Of a DNA stretch of 63,814 nt, positions 47,668-61,448 are shown piece after piece (the stretch's first letter is position 1; every line of letters begins with the position of its first letter). The notes under the pieces were generated by a model. The model was not told the DNA's origin. It did no database searches and was given only the letters and a program-made list of their open reading frames with translations. A program made the position numbers and the translations under genes. The stretch is from Chlorokybus atmophyticus (taxonomy: Eukaryota; Plantae; Mesostigma and Chlorokybus algae). Location of the stretch: contig RHPI01000797.1 in assembly GCA_009103225.1 (NCBI GenBank), forward strand, positions 557,064 to 620,877, given 5' to 3'.

Positions 47668-47794
47668 CGTAGTTACATATAACTAGTCCCGTGCTGCATG
47701 CCTGAGCCATCGTCGCCGCCGTGGCCGTGCGCAGGCAGCCACTGTCAAACCCATCCTCCCACACGCCTTCCATCTTCCCAACCCGACCGCCAGG

Positions 47795-49042
47795 ATGCTC
47801 CTGAGCTGGCCCTCCTTCGCCCTCGGCGTCGCCGCCGGCTTCCTATTCGCCAATGTCCTTTCCATCCGCAGCGCCATCAGAGACCTGTCCAAACCGGACC
47901 GCCATGGCCTCCCACCACAGGCAAACAAATCGCCAAACTCACTGTGCTATCCTGTAACCAATGTGCATGCAAGCCCCAACATAGTCCCAACATGCACTTC
48001 CCTGGTCTCTGTGTCAACACAGTCAACCAACTTTCACTCTGCCATACAGGTGATGAAGGGTCAGTATACGGCGTACATGCGCAACGGCGGCAAGCCCTTC
48101 GTGGTGTTCCTGATCGGTACGAAGGTGAACAGTTTCTGGGGCGTCCTCAAGCACGCCCGCGCTATCTCCAGCTTCCGCCCGCCATCGTTCATCGCAGCCG
48201 AAGGGGGTGCGTTCGACCCAGATGGCGGACTACTGCACGAAGAGACGTATGGCAACTTCCTCAGGTGAGACATTTGGACTGAAATAGAGAGGGTGCGTGT
48301 TTGTATATGTTTGTTTTGCAACTGGCATTGGAGGATAGACAGTGTATGCTCTGAAGTTGAGGTGCAGTTGGTTGGGGTGCAATGGGGTGGGTTGTGTTGG
48401 GGTGACAACACAACCCACCCCATTAGGCAATGTTACTTGTGAAGTGAAGTCTTGCGTGAATGTCAACATGCATGCATCCAAAAGATGGTACATGGCATGG
48501 GAAGTTGTCTACTTTCATCAGCATGAGATTAAAAGGCGTGCAAGGTGTGCATGTGTGTGTATTTTGTTCGCTCACTCTCTCTTTCTTCTCGGGCCAACAG
48601 GGCCGTCAATATACAGTACTGGAAGTCGATAGAGCACCTCGAGCGGTGGGTGCGCAGCTCCCGCTCCCACTCGCGCATGCGTGTGGCCTACCACAAGTAA
48701 GAGAGCAATACCTACGCGACAAAACCACACTGCCACACTACCACCCAACATGCTTAACCTCCAACATCTCGCAATACATCGAGTGTCTTCAACAGGAAGC
48801 TAATCGAGACCGGAGTGTGGGGCGTGTGGCACGAGACGTATGTGGTCAGTCCCGGGTCGTATGAAGTTGTGTACAACTCGATGCCACGCTTTGGTCTCGG
48901 CGCTGCGGGCCAGCTGTACCCCATCGACAACACCACGCACAACGTGCAGACGCGCCTCAACAGTCGGCTGGCACACGCCTCGGAAGAGGCCGCCCGGGAA
49001 GAGGAGCAGAGGGAGGTCCAGGAGGCCAAGAAAACTACTTGA
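47795..49042 (+). CDS. DUF4188 / Af470 monooxygenase-like protein with an N-terminal hydrophobic segment, 4 exons
   Basis: Spliced: ...PFVVFLIGTKVN...IQYWKSIEHLERW...H...GVWGVWHETYVVSPGSYEVVYNSMPRFGLGAAG, the characteristic family motifs. Confidence 0.88.
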
Positions 49043-49981
49043 GTGGTTGTGTTGACTGTTCTTCTGCGGTGCGTTCAGGTTCCGTACATGCGCAGTACAG
49101 CAGTGCTGTGTGCCAGTTGTGTACAGCAATTGTTTTGATGTGATTATTTAGCATGTATCGTTGGAGTAGTCAACGGATGAGCTGTGCCGACACAGGCCTT
49201 GTGTTAAATGCATGTTTTGCAGCTGCTGGTTTGTGGGTTGGCGGGCCGCATCGGTCTGACTTGTTATGAAATGTAGTGGCCTGTTGAACTGAGTGTCTGA
49301 CCTGTTGACTGTTCTGCCTGGTCCCATACTGCCAGCTGGTGAAGTAGTGCCATGCGCTGTGGCAGTAACTGAATACATGTCCGACGGAATGGACGCACGT
49401 GAAGAACTCGTAAGCATGCACATGTTCCGTATGGACTTTGGCAATGTCTGCACTGGGCAAGCTGCTCTTTGCCTGTTGGTCCTGTGCCATCAGTCCAGTA
49501 CTGTGCGTCAGCATAATGAATAGCTGTGCTCACTGTGGTATAGTGAGATATGGTGCACATGCCATGTAATTTGGGTGCGCGATGACAATGTTTCCAAACC
49601 ATCGACTTTGGTGTGGTCACACCGTCAGAATTTTGACTTACGATAGCAGTTTTGTTCCACAGCACCCCAGCAGTTCACGCAAGTCGGATCTACATGCCTG
49701 CTGAGTGGCCAGCTTTGCTAGAGCCAAGCCAGAACTTCACATCATCCTGCTCACTGGCCTCATTTCTAAGCTCACCTCTTTTGGCGCGCCACCTGCACCA
49801 CCTTGCTTGTTAAGGGAGAGCAATGCGCAGAACAACGTGTGAAGCGTAATTCAAACCCATCCAGCGACAACGAGCCTGTACAGGTACAATAAAAATGCAT
49901 CTGCCGAGTCACTGATGTACAAGTACTACAGACGCAATGCGTGCTAGAACCTACAATAACAACCCTATGCCACCAACCACC

Positions 49982-52800
49982 TCACATACGTTCCCGCATC
50001 TTGCGCTCCCACTCCGCCACTTCCAGCTGCTGGTCGCTAACGTCCTTCTCAGTAGAATAAATGATGCGGTCGGTACCTACATACTCACGCTTCGCTGCCG
50101 CTTGCGCGTTGAGCAGTTTTTGCTGCAAAGCTGAGCCGGCTCGCAACAGCCCCACCGCCCATCGCCTCCGCTCGTTGTTGCGCTTGTCAATCTCCTCGTT
50201 AGCGCGCTTGTTCCAGAACCAACGTGCCAGCGGGATGGCAAAAAAGGACACGGCGTACACCCTCAGGAAGGGCAGTATTGATGCCGTCAGCGACACAATG
50301 CCGCTGCTTATTTGCCGCACCGTCATGGGGTCTCCCAGCATGCCACTAAGAATGATAACGCCAGCCAAGTTGACGACGCCAAGGCCAATTGCAAGCGCCT
50401 GTCATAGGGTCATAGATCCACAATACGCAGAGCTAAGCCACGCGCACATGATGCCTTGGCAGTAATGGTAGATGCAAGTGTGGGAGAAAGCTGATACAGC
50501 ACTGAACTCTTACCTTCTGTTCTGGCGTGGCTCTTGAGAACTGTTGTGGGCGCTCTTCTAAGAAGGGCTGTTCCGGAATGACATCGTGAGAGCGAGTCCT
50601 TCCACCCAGAAGCATAGAGCGCTCCTGAGCTGTTCGCTGTAGCGCTGGGAACCGATAGACCAGATTCCCCTGCAAAAGCAAGAAGGTTACGGCATAGTGG
50701 CCATACAACCACAGCTGCACACTGTTGTGAAGTGGGAACTGGCATAGGCAACTATGTGCAAGAAATGACAGCCACTTCGTGTCGCCAGAGACCGTACTCT
50801 ACCATACTAACTCGCGAACCTGTGGGTCAACCTCTGTGTGTCCATCAAAGCGCTGCAACACTGGCAGCACAAAGGTTTCATCTCCTGGCTGTATTGCTGG
50901 TGTCTTTATGTTCTCAGCATTGACGGAAGGCGGGTCAAGAAATGGGGCCAACTGCTCGGCAGTCACAACACCTCCGCTATGGACAATCAATGCACCAATC
51001 TGCATGCCGCGAGCGCACGCTTAAATAATTCATGCATGCATAACTGTAGAACAGCTTGAGAAACAGTCATGAGGCAAACATACCTCTCTCCACCTCCTCT
51101 CTTCAAGGTCAAAGTTTGCATCGCCATCGCCAAGCACAAATGAGAATATTGCCTCAACAAAGTTCATCCCAGTGCCCTTTTCCATGCGCGTGCGCACACG
51201 CCTTGGGCTGTAATACCAGGGGTCCCAATACCAAAACAGGTCAAAGGGATTGATGTAGAAGTTGATGCCAGACGATTGACGCCTGTAATACCCACCATTT
51301 CCTCTGCTCCCACGTTCGTCACTGTCACTGCAAACACCAAGGCAACGGTTACCACCTAGCTGACCCAACCCACGACCAAATTCAAATCACACATGATGCA
51401 CCTGTCTTTGGAGGAAAGAAGAACAAAAATTGAAGCATACACAACTGCCAGCGAGACAAGCAGCGTCGTGCCAAATGAAACCCGCACCAAATAAGACATC
51501 GCGCCCTGCACAAGGGTTATATGTAAGACATGGCAATGTCTCTTAAGTGTCAAGACCGTACTGTGTGACACTGGAAACCAGAATGCAAACCGCACCAACA
51601 TACCTGGACTGCCTGCACAGCAGGCTCAAGGCGCACAAATAAGGACTTTGCAGCAATGATAGCCCTAAAGTTGGGCGGCAGCTTGTACAACACATCGCCC
51701 TCATCCGACACCTCGAGAGTGCCCTGTGCATCCTCTACCAAGGCTTGAAGTGCACGCTCTGTTGCTGAAAGCTTGAGCCCCGCCTGTCGTCATCATAGTG
51801 ATGGTCAGCAGAGACAGTTGCCCCATACGGCAACTGGCCAAAAGATCACAAGTGACCAATATTACTTGCACACCGCAGCTGCGCCAATATTCATAGCACA
51901 AACCTTGGCAGAGACGTCTCCCAGTGTCACCCGCTCTCCAAGGCTTTCAACAGCAGTCATGACGGCGTTCCGTTCATTTGCCGGTATTTTGCTGACTGCA
52001 GTCTGCTTCAACAAACGTCCGTTCCCCAAACTGCAAGCAACAATATAAGCAAACGCTGACAAAGCACTACCCGCAAACCTGTCCAAACATTGCACAACAA
52101 CAACGCGCTAGGGAAATGGTAACAACAGTTCTGATGGGCTGCTACCAGTTGACAACAAATGTACAGCCCATTGCCACTCTGTTGGTCGCTGCCTTCCCAA
52201 AAAAACTGGTCCTAACAATGAAGCAGCATACTGTGCAACTGTACCTTGGTAGCAGCTGATTGCTAGCAGCCAGGACGTGTATGGAGCGTGAACGCGCGCC
52301 ACTATGCTCCCTTCTTGATCGTATCGAACGCATAGGCAGCGGTGTTGATGTCAGCCATGACGATGACAGCTTCTCCTGCAGCATTCCAACCGTGGTTAAT
52401 ATGTTGTCATAAGTTCGCATTCTGCACCAGTGCTCCATCCACTGTTCCATGTGACGAATGCACAGGGTGACAGCCGTCGCGAGATGACCATCATACGCTT
52501 GACAACAGTTAAGAAACACTGATTGCATGCTGTTCCGTGCTACAGGTCATGGTCGTTTGGTACAAGCAAAACAATATGCAGAATATGAGCCTCTGCTGTT
52601 AACACTTACCTAACAGCAGTCTGACGTAACAGTAGTGAGCGACACTCAACATGCAGAACATGGGCTGGCGCCGGTCAGCATGGCACACCACAGGTTAAGC
52701 ATACCTTTCTTGATGGGCGCAAAGAGAGCCTGGAGCTCGTTACGGCTGAAGGGCGGCAGGGACAGACAAGCAGCGGGCGGCTGCAAGTAGCGGGCTCCAT
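49982..52800 (-). CDS. At5g03900-like chloroplast membrane protein (annotated Fe-S cluster biosynthesis family; cyanobacterial homologues)
   Basis: AVESLGERVTLGDVSAK, GTLEVSDEGDVLYKLP, INPFDLFWYWDP, MNFVEAIFSFVLGDGDAN, GGVVTAEQLAPFLD, GNLVYRFPALQRTA; Ser/Arg-rich transit-peptide-like start (MEPATCSRPLL...). Confidence 0.85.
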
Positions 52801-53464
52801 GCCCCCAGAAACAACAAACCCTTCTGCTGCCGCAAGCACTGCAAAGGTACTAACTGCAGCTAACACCAAAGCAGACGAAGCAACAGTCTTGCAGCTCCCA
52901 TCAGCAGCGGAGCTCAGAAGCAGGCAGAATTTGCCCAAAGCAGCCTTCAGACCAGGAAGTCCAACCAACCTCAACGCGCTTCAACTGAACCGCAGGAATC
53001 CGTTCAGCCCAAAACAAGAACCTCAGGGGCCTTCTAGCTTCTCGTCACACGACACAACTCCTTCACGAACCTCGCCGCCGCCTCCACAACCACCGCCGCC
53101 GCTGTCTACCTCACCAGCTGCGCTCCCTGGCTGACGTCACCCCAGAAGCTATCCATGCGGAACTAACGTTAGACGCAACATGACCGGTTCAGCCAACTTT
53201 GATACACTCACGTTATTTCGTTTGGCATTCGGTAGGCTTGGCGGGAAGCTCGCAACATCCTGTTGAGGGCGCTGCGGGCATCGGCGGCGGTGGTGGCGGC
53301 ATTGGCGGGGTCGTCGTTGTTGTTGCTGCTGTGGTTGTTATCCGATTGCCAAAGTTGCCAAAGTTCTTCATAGTACACCTTTGGAGCTGAATCTGGAGCT
53401 GGACGTGCCTTTGCCTCCGCTGGCCCAGTTGGTGGTCGGCGCAGCGGCAGCCAGGCTCGGCCTA

Positions 53465-54686
53465 ATGGAGGTGTCTGCCGCGTTCGGCGGTAGGGGCGGA
53501 GCGGCGGCTGGGCGCAGCAGTTCGCCGGTGGGGCAGGGTCCAGCCACAGGAGAGAGCTCCGGCGGCTCCGAGTCGCTGGCCGCCACGCCGTCAGAGTCGC
53601 CCAACATGAGTCATGCTCTCCACCAGCACGAGGAGGAAGACGAGCGGGAGCTCAGCGACTTCACGCTTGTCGTGCAGGGCCGGGAGTTCCATGTCAGCAG
53701 GTACTTGTATGCAACATTTGCTGAGTTGGGCCAATGCACACAGTTATGGCGCAGCGTGAGGCGGGCATCCCAGGGGCATGGATCCGGCTATGCGCCTAAC
53801 ACTCTGCATTGCTATTCTGTATTCTGCTCTAGTACGACATCAATGGGGCTGTTGACATGCTCTTTGCACCGCATTGCATGTAGCATGTGATGCTGCCAGC
53901 AGCTTGCGTCCGGCGACAGCTGCGGTGTGGCCGCGTGGTACATAGCTTAGCCTTGATTGCAAGTTTCACTGACCATTAACACTGATCGTGAACCATATAG
54001 CATACAGTTGGCATAGAAGGCCATGCTTCATGGCACTTCCAAGTGGCTGCACATTTAACTTGGTCGTAGGGAGCAAGGTTTTCTGCAGCAATTGCTCAAG
54101 TCTCTCTCTCTCTGTACAGGTGGATGCTGGCTCGGTGTAGCACTGTATTCCGAGACATGTTTAGAAGCGGTGTAAGAAACAGCCGGCCTGGAGAGGAAGG
54201 CCTTGCGACACGGCTTGAAGTCAACGACGTGCCAGCAGAGCGCATGAGCGAGTTCCTGGCACTTCTGCTGCCGTATGCACGTGCAACACCATGCGTTACA
54301 ATCAATGAGGTACTGTCAGCTGTCAAGGCTCCAAGTGACTCACCCAAGTCCTGAGCAGTAGATCTCCTGAGTTACCTGAAGCATTGTGCGTGTGTTCTCA
54401 GGACAACGTGGAGGGCATGCTTCAGATTGCTCATAAGTATAACGTGCCTGCCGTTGTTTCCATGTGCGACGAGTACCTGGCATCGAAGCCTTCACTCCGC
54501 GCAGCGCTGCTAGCTGATGCTTACAACCTCAACAAAGCTGTTGAGGCATGCATGGCGCATCTGAGCAATCCGCAGAAGACCAGTTTCAAAGACCTGCAAG
54601 ACCCCAAGTTTGGAGAGCTGCCGGGACGTGTGGTTCAACAAGTTTGGATTCGCTTCCTCAAAGCACGCGGCATGGCGATGTACTAA
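53465..54686 (+). CDS. BTB/POZ domain protein, 3 exons (start may be 53606)
   Basis: SDFTLVVQGREFHVSR|WMLARCSTVFRDMF...|DNVEGMLQIAHKYNVPAVVSMCDEYL. Confidence 0.9.
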
Positions 54687-56544
54687 TCATTCCCCTTCCA
54701 TTGTACATATGTGAGTCAGGGAGCCAGTCACGCTCAGCTGTTTGCTTAAAATTGGTATTGTGTACATGTAACTCAATAGCGCCTGGTAGGTTGTTTTTCC
54801 CAGAGCTTCACTGCTGTCACCCCGTTTTTCCCAGAGCTGTAGACTGGTTGTGCACTAGATTGGGTCATGCGTGCCATGCTGCACATGACCCTATACAGAC
54901 TGTGTAAGTGTTGTGCTTTGTTAACGTGGTGGGTGGTACTGTATAGTCGGGTGTGGTTGCCAGCTGAAGTGTTGTGGGTAGCAGAATATGGTATGTGCAT
55001 TTGCATCGTATGTGGAGCACATTGTTTGACAAGAGACTCAGATGATATGCGCAATGTTCAACCATAAATGCATGGACTGTGCATGAATGCTTGAAGCACT
55101 GCATCTTTCCAAATGACTCTTTCTATGTGGTTTACACCTACGAACTTAGGTCAACCCGTGTCACAAGGGTCATGTTTGACCCATGTAACAAGGGTTATGT
55201 CTGGCCCTTGCATTGCATTTCAAGTGCTTTGGAAAAATCCCTTGTTTCTTGGCCTCTGTCTTCACAAGAGTGGCACCTAGCTGTGAGAAGCATATAGGGC
55301 ATGTATGATATAGGGCTTGATAATGGTGGCCAATTTGCAACGGCAGGGTGGTTGGTGTGTAGAAGATGCAACGTAGTATAGCATATGACCTTGCTGACTG
55401 TGTATATTGCCGGCACGAGAACGCACAAAGCTCACAATGTACATGTGTTGACTACGTGTAGATAATATTCGTGCTCGTGCACTTGCACAAATGCTTGATG
55501 GTAAACATTCTGTTTGCTTAACTGTTGATGTGACACAATGTTTCATGTTATAACTATAACTTTGATGGGAGCGCGTTCAATGTTTGTGCTACTATAAATG
55601 TTATAAGACACTTTGTTTTCAAGCTCACTAAGGGAGAGTGTTGTTACACGCGAGACATCACAACGTTATACAACACTTATTGAAGTTCATCATATATAAC
55701 ATATTTTAGTATATGTGTAGGCACCCCGGTATGTCTAATGCGAGGTAGAGCACATTGCAAGCTCAGCTAGCAAACGCATCCATCAACACCAGCAAGTTAC
55801 TTACAATAGGCCGGGGCAACTAACCAAGCTATGTGCGTGCAACTTATGTGCAATGCAGGGCGGGTAGGCGAGACAGGGCAAGGCACACGGCAACAAGCAG
55901 CACAAGCGACCTGAACAAGAAGGCTAGCGTCAGGAGAGAAGTCGTCCTCAGCAAGGGAAGCAGGCACATTGCAGCATGTACATGATTAGTTGACAACTTT
56001 AGATGTCAAACTCTTAGGTTATTTGTATCGATACGTGCACATAAGTATTTATCCATTGTTAAACACCAGCGAAAACGTAAAAACATTGATCAATCAAGAC
56101 AAGTATCAACCTGGTATGTATTCCTGACACATTAGGCAACAACTTACATGCCAGCAGTAGAAGCAATGCTGATACAGAGCTATAGCCAGATGTGATAGCC
56201 AAACATGGCCCACGTGACCTCCCTCCCAGTCTACAGGCCGTCCGATCCCAACGTTGCCGCTGATCTTGCGGCTGCAGAAGGCCGCTATTCCAGGCTTCTT
56301 AACATCGAGTTTTCCAGGCAGCCCTTTCGCGCGGTTCGCTCCAATTCTCCCGCGTTTTGACGGAACCCTAATCTGGCCTGAACCTAGCCTGGTGGCGTGT
56401 CCTGGTGCGGCGTTGTGGCCTGGTGGTGCGGCCTGGCGGTGCGGCTTGTGTGGGGAGAGTGCAAGTTGACTGCAGTCTTTGAGAGCAAAAAATAAAGATT
56501 GAAGGTCCCCTCTATCACGAGCTCCTGGCAGCCTAGGAGACGCT

Positions 56545-56598
56545 TTGGCTTAGGCTTAACCTCAGGCTTAGGCTTAGGCTTAGGATCAGGCTTGAGCC
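56545..56598. repeat. Short degenerate (GGCTTA)n hexamer repeat upstream of MNS1
   Basis: GGCTTAGGCTTAACCTCAGGCTTAGGCTTAGGCTTAGGATCAGGCTT. Confidence 0.8.
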
Positions 56599-56765
56599 TG
56601 GTCTGTGGTCTATATAGGAGTGAAGTGGCACAAAGAAACAGCGGGAGATGCTGGAGGCGAGACCAGGAGGACTGCGGTAGTGTGGTTGAACAGCCAGTGT
56701 GTTTGGAACTCAAGTGAAGCTTTGGCTGTGGGGTGAGCCTCTCAGCAAGCTGCAGCAAAGCTGAG

Positions 56766-59700
56766 ATGGCGACCGCTTACTCGGGGCGCAACGCCCTGCA
56801 AAGAGGTGAGCTTTCTTGATCTCTTTGCTGTTGTTCACTCGCTGGTGATATCTATTCTGAAGGTTTGCACAACCATTCTAACAAGTGTAACGATCAACTG
56901 AAACAACAGCTACTACCATCAAGCAACAGATGAGTGGCAATGTTGCCGCAACAGCTTGCATTGTTCCACTGTTCCATGTGTGCCACATCACTGTAAGTAC
57001 CTGAACATCACAGTCACACAAAGTGTCTAGAATGATTCTTCCTGAGAATGTGTCGTTTCTAAGTTGGTACGGCATGGAACAGCGGATCTGTCGATGAAGC
57101 TTCAATGTTTAACCACGTGCCTTCAGTACAGCAGTCGGTCTTTCAAACCACATTTGTACATGTTCTCAACGCACTTGTGTTTACGTCACACAGCTCAAAT
57201 CGTGCGAGAGCAGAAGCGCCGCGAGTACGAGCAGCGCACGCAAGGCCTCAAGAAGTGAGCTCAATTTGTGTTGATTGCAACTTAATGCTGCCCTCACTTT
57301 CAGCAATTGTCCTCACATTATCGCATAAATCCGAACAGGTATGTTGAGGAGAATGCGACCATGCGGTTGAATGAGAAGTACATGGAGAGGTCGGAGTACA
57401 CACGCAGGGATAAAGACGTGAGTCATACATGAATGCGCACTCTTGTCCGGTGTGTTGTTACGAGTGACAACAGTGGGAGTGTGTGTGCGCGCGTGCGTGC
57501 GTGTGTGTAAGGGATGGTCAAATGTGTTGCTTCTCTTCCTGCAGGCGAAGCAGAGGCAGCAGGAACTGGAGCTGCTTGAAAGACTTGCTAACGAAGAGGA
57601 GACCCGCCTGCTGCGCGAACAGGTGCGCATGTGTACATTTTCACGCTCGAAGAGGTGTGTATGACTTGCGTGCGTACACCCACCAACACACGCGCACACG
57701 GGCACATGCACAAATACACACGCACCCCTTACATCCACACATACGAGTCAGGCAAAGCAACTGAAATCTCTGTTCCCCAAGTTCAACTTATCTGCACCTA
57801 TCTGGCTTTCAGTCAAACCAACCAGTTTGTTGGTAGTCGTGCACACACCTCATTCCCACACACAACATTGCCACATCAGTCGCCATCACTCTCCTTCTCC
57901 ACCCACTAACCCTCCACCCGATACAGGTGGAGGGTGAGGAAGCCCGCGTGGAGGCGGAGCTGGCGAGACGTGCCCACGAGGCGGAGCGCGCGGCTCTGCT
58001 TGCTCAGCGCGTCCTCGACGACTCCCCTGAACTACGCGAACTCCAGGAGAAGCTTCGCGCGGCTGAGATGAACAAGATACGCCACTTGCAGGTGAGCCAA
58101 CAACACACACACACACACACGCGCGCGCGCATGCACGTGTGCGCACACCCGAGCAGTTTGTCACGTGCGCATGCACATACACGCGCGCGCGCGCGCACAC
58201 GCGCACACACTCACACTTGAGCAGCCCCTTCTCACAAAATTGGCAGGTTGTTGACTTTTGCATAGCGAGTAGAGCGCTTGCTACGTTTTGTAGTGGTGTC
58301 ATGTGATGCTGGTGTGTTGTCACAACGACCCCTAACTGAATGCATCTCTATGTTTTCTCCAGTTGGAAGAGGCGGCGTTGGCGGCGGTGCAGGAGAAGGC
58401 CTACCACAGGGAATACGACAGCATGATGGAGAAAGACAGGCTCGCAGCGCTGCAGAAGGAGGAGGAGAAGAACAAGGAGACCCACGCAAAGCGGGTGAGG
58501 ACGCATGCACGTGTACGTGTGTCCAGGTGTGTGCAGGGTTGAGTATTCAGTGTGTGTCACGCAGGTTGTGCAAAGGCGGGTGTTGACGGAGCAGATGGCC
58601 ATGAAGGTGGAGGCACAGAAAGAGCTCGCGCGCCAGTTTGAACAGGAGCGCGTGGCTGTCGATGAGGTGCAGACATGCATACATATGCCCACTTGCATTT
58701 GACTGCATGCGCATATGGCACATACGCCAACATGTGTACGCGCACATGTGCAGTAGCGTGTAAGCGCCCCATGACTGTGCGTGCGGGCCACGCACACATT
58801 ACTGAAAGCAAGCGTGCCTTTGTAGCAGTGCAGTTGACGCACAACTAAGACGTTGGCAGTGCAAGCAAAAATCTGTTTGGACAACACATGCGTGCACATA
58901 CGCGCACATACGCTTGTGGCCGCGTGCTTATGTTGCAGTGGCGGATTCATCCTCTTGCGTTTTCCTGTTTGCAGCTGCTAATGTCTGTTTGAATCAGGTG
59001 GTGAGGAAGATACAGCAGGAGGACGACGCGGAGATGACCCGCAAGCGCGGGAAGCAGGAGGCCACCCGACAGGCCTTCAAGACGTACCTGTCCGAACGCG
59101 AAGAACACAAGAAGCAAGAGGTCAGTTTCCCCAGTCTCTCTCTCTCATGGTTTTAGTCATGATGCTAATACTGTTGTCGGTGACGGTTGTGGTGGTCATC
59201 ATGTTGGTGGTGATGGTGGTGTCTTGCAGGATGAGAGGCGTCAGCTGGAGGAGGAGAGAATCGCAGAGTACGCCGCTGAGATCGCGAGGAGAGCGGAAGA
59301 GGCGCAGCAGAAGCGACAGAACAAGATGGACCAAGAAGCAAGGTACACACCACCACCACCACCACCACCACCACCACCACCACCACCACGACCATGACCA
59401 TGACCATCACGACTACCAAACACCACCAACAACAACAACAGCAGCATCAAAACAAACACATCGGTTTGATTGCAGGATTCACGGTGTGCTGGCGGCTCAG
59501 AAGGAGGAGGAGCTCCGGCGCAAGGGCGAGCTGGAGGACCTGCTCAACAGGCTGTACTTCGAGGAGGAGCAGGAGAAGTTCCTGCAGCAGGCTGAGACAC
59601 TGCGCCAGAAGGTTTGTTCCCTCACGCATGTCGTACAGTGATCAGTCTAAAGGGATGCCCGAACACACGAGGTGGATGTGCTGTATGTTACGCATGCATG

Positions 59701-60942
59701 TGCATGAGTGCATGTGTGTGCGTGCTCATGTGTGTGCGTGCGTTTGTGCACGTGAGCGCACTTGTGTGCCTGTGTGCGTATGGGAGTGTGCGAGTGCGTG
59801 CATGCTGGAGTTTATTCTTGCGTGTGAGGATGTGAGTGTGTGCATGCTGGAGTTTATGCAATTGGCCACACGTGCTCAACACTGCGTGTGCTGTGTGTGA
59901 ACGCGTGTACAGAGAGAGGCAATGAAGACGGAGATGATCGCGGCGAACTCGGAGCAGCAGCGACTAAAGCAGCTGCGCAAGAAGCAGATGGAGGACGAGG
60001 AGGAGAAGTTCCGCAAGCAGATGCTGGACAAGTTTGCTGAGGCAAGCACATGTGTTCTCTCGCTCTCATAGTGTCAACCTGATCAAGTGCAGGATGACTG
60101 ACTCATAAGTTCTTGTTGTGCTTGTGCAGGATGATAGGTTGGAGCAGCTCAATGCGCAGAAGCGCCGCATGAAGATGGAGGAGCACAAGCGTGAGGTGGA
60201 GAGGTTGTGGCGCGCGAAAGAAGAGATGTACCGACAACAGGTATTGTGTTTTCTACATGTTTCAGATGCACATCATCACAGCAGTCGCTCTGATGGTGAA
60301 CTACAAGACTATGGTCATTCACTGTCCTTGCATCCAATCTGTCGTCCAAGCCAGCATATTATGATCGGTAGCAGTCAGTGCAGGAGAATACTCTGATTGA
60401 TAACACGATGGCGCATGTTATCAATCAGAGTGTTCGTGTACGCGTGCGTGCACGGTTTGGTTTGTTCACTTGCGCGCGCATGTGCGTGTGCGTCTGTGCA
60501 TGTATGCGTGAGCATGTGTGCCCGTGCAAACCATCTTTCTCTCACTTAGATGTCCGCGTGCTCTGATCAGTGCGTGTGCACGCACACATACACTTGAAGC
60601 ACATGATACACATATGCATGCATGCGCACATGCGCATCTGTACTTTCCCCCCTTGCCACTAAACATCACCCTCCCACCCCCCAGCGCGAGGCCGAGGCCG
60701 AACTCCTCCGTCGCCGCGCCCTCGAGGAGCAGGAGGCCGCCGCGATCGTGGAGGCGGAGCGGCAGCGTCTCCTCCGCGACTACGCCGCCCGACTCGCGGA
60801 GTACCTGCCCAAGGGGGTACTGCAGACGAGGGCGGACTTGGAGCTGGTGAGGCAGATAGCGGATGAGAGGGCGGAAGAGAGGGGGAAGGAAGGGGGGAGG
60901 GGGGGGAATAATGGCAACAACAGTTTGCAGCATAGGAGATGA
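56766..60942 (+). CDS. MNS1: Meiosis-specific nuclear structural protein 1 (MNS1/FAP127; TPH-domain axonemal protein), multi-exon
   Basis: DSPELRELQEKLRAAEMNK, KFAEDDRLEQLNAQKRRMKMEEHKREVERL, ERQRLLRDYAARLAEYLPKGV; E/R/K/Q coiled coil throughout. Confidence 0.9.
59348..59389. repeat. (CAC)n trinucleotide tract in an MNS1 intron
   Basis: Direct reading of the sequence. Confidence 0.95.
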
Positions 60943-61448
60943 TGATAGTGTTGGGGTTCTCTCTCTTTGTCTGTTGTATATGAGTGGGGGTCGGGTCGTA
61001 GGTGTTTGGGTATGTCGGAGGGTTTGACTCGCTATGCCGGCAGTTGTTGGTGACAACTTGTGTTGATCATGTCTAACCTCCTTTGCGTACAAGTCAGGTA
61101 TCCCCCAAACACTGCTGCTCTATTCTTGTTAACGCACACAAGTTCACAGAACTGTCGAATACGGGGTACACAGCAGACACGGACACAAATCGGCCACTAA
61201 ACCCACATTGCATGACACCACAAGGAAGTCTCGCAACCACAGCTCACGTGCAACCTGCAGCTTTGTACAATGCAAAGCGCATGAGCAATGCGTCATCTGA
61301 GACAGTATCGACCTGTGCTGCTTTGTGCTGATGTGAGATCTGCTGCTGTGATACTGTTCAACAGTGTTAGCTAGTGGTAGTGTTACATCCACCTGCATGT
61401 GAGTGACTATCAGAGTTGCTTTTGCTACTGTTGTACACAACTCTGCCA

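Noticed and set aside
56384-56758. PK-repeat ORF, and (TTAGGC)n as a telomeric remnant
   Set aside because: The ORF is a by-product of a short degenerate hexamer repeat; the repeat is under 60 bp, interrupted, and does not match the TTTAGGG or TTTTAGGG telomere types of green plants.
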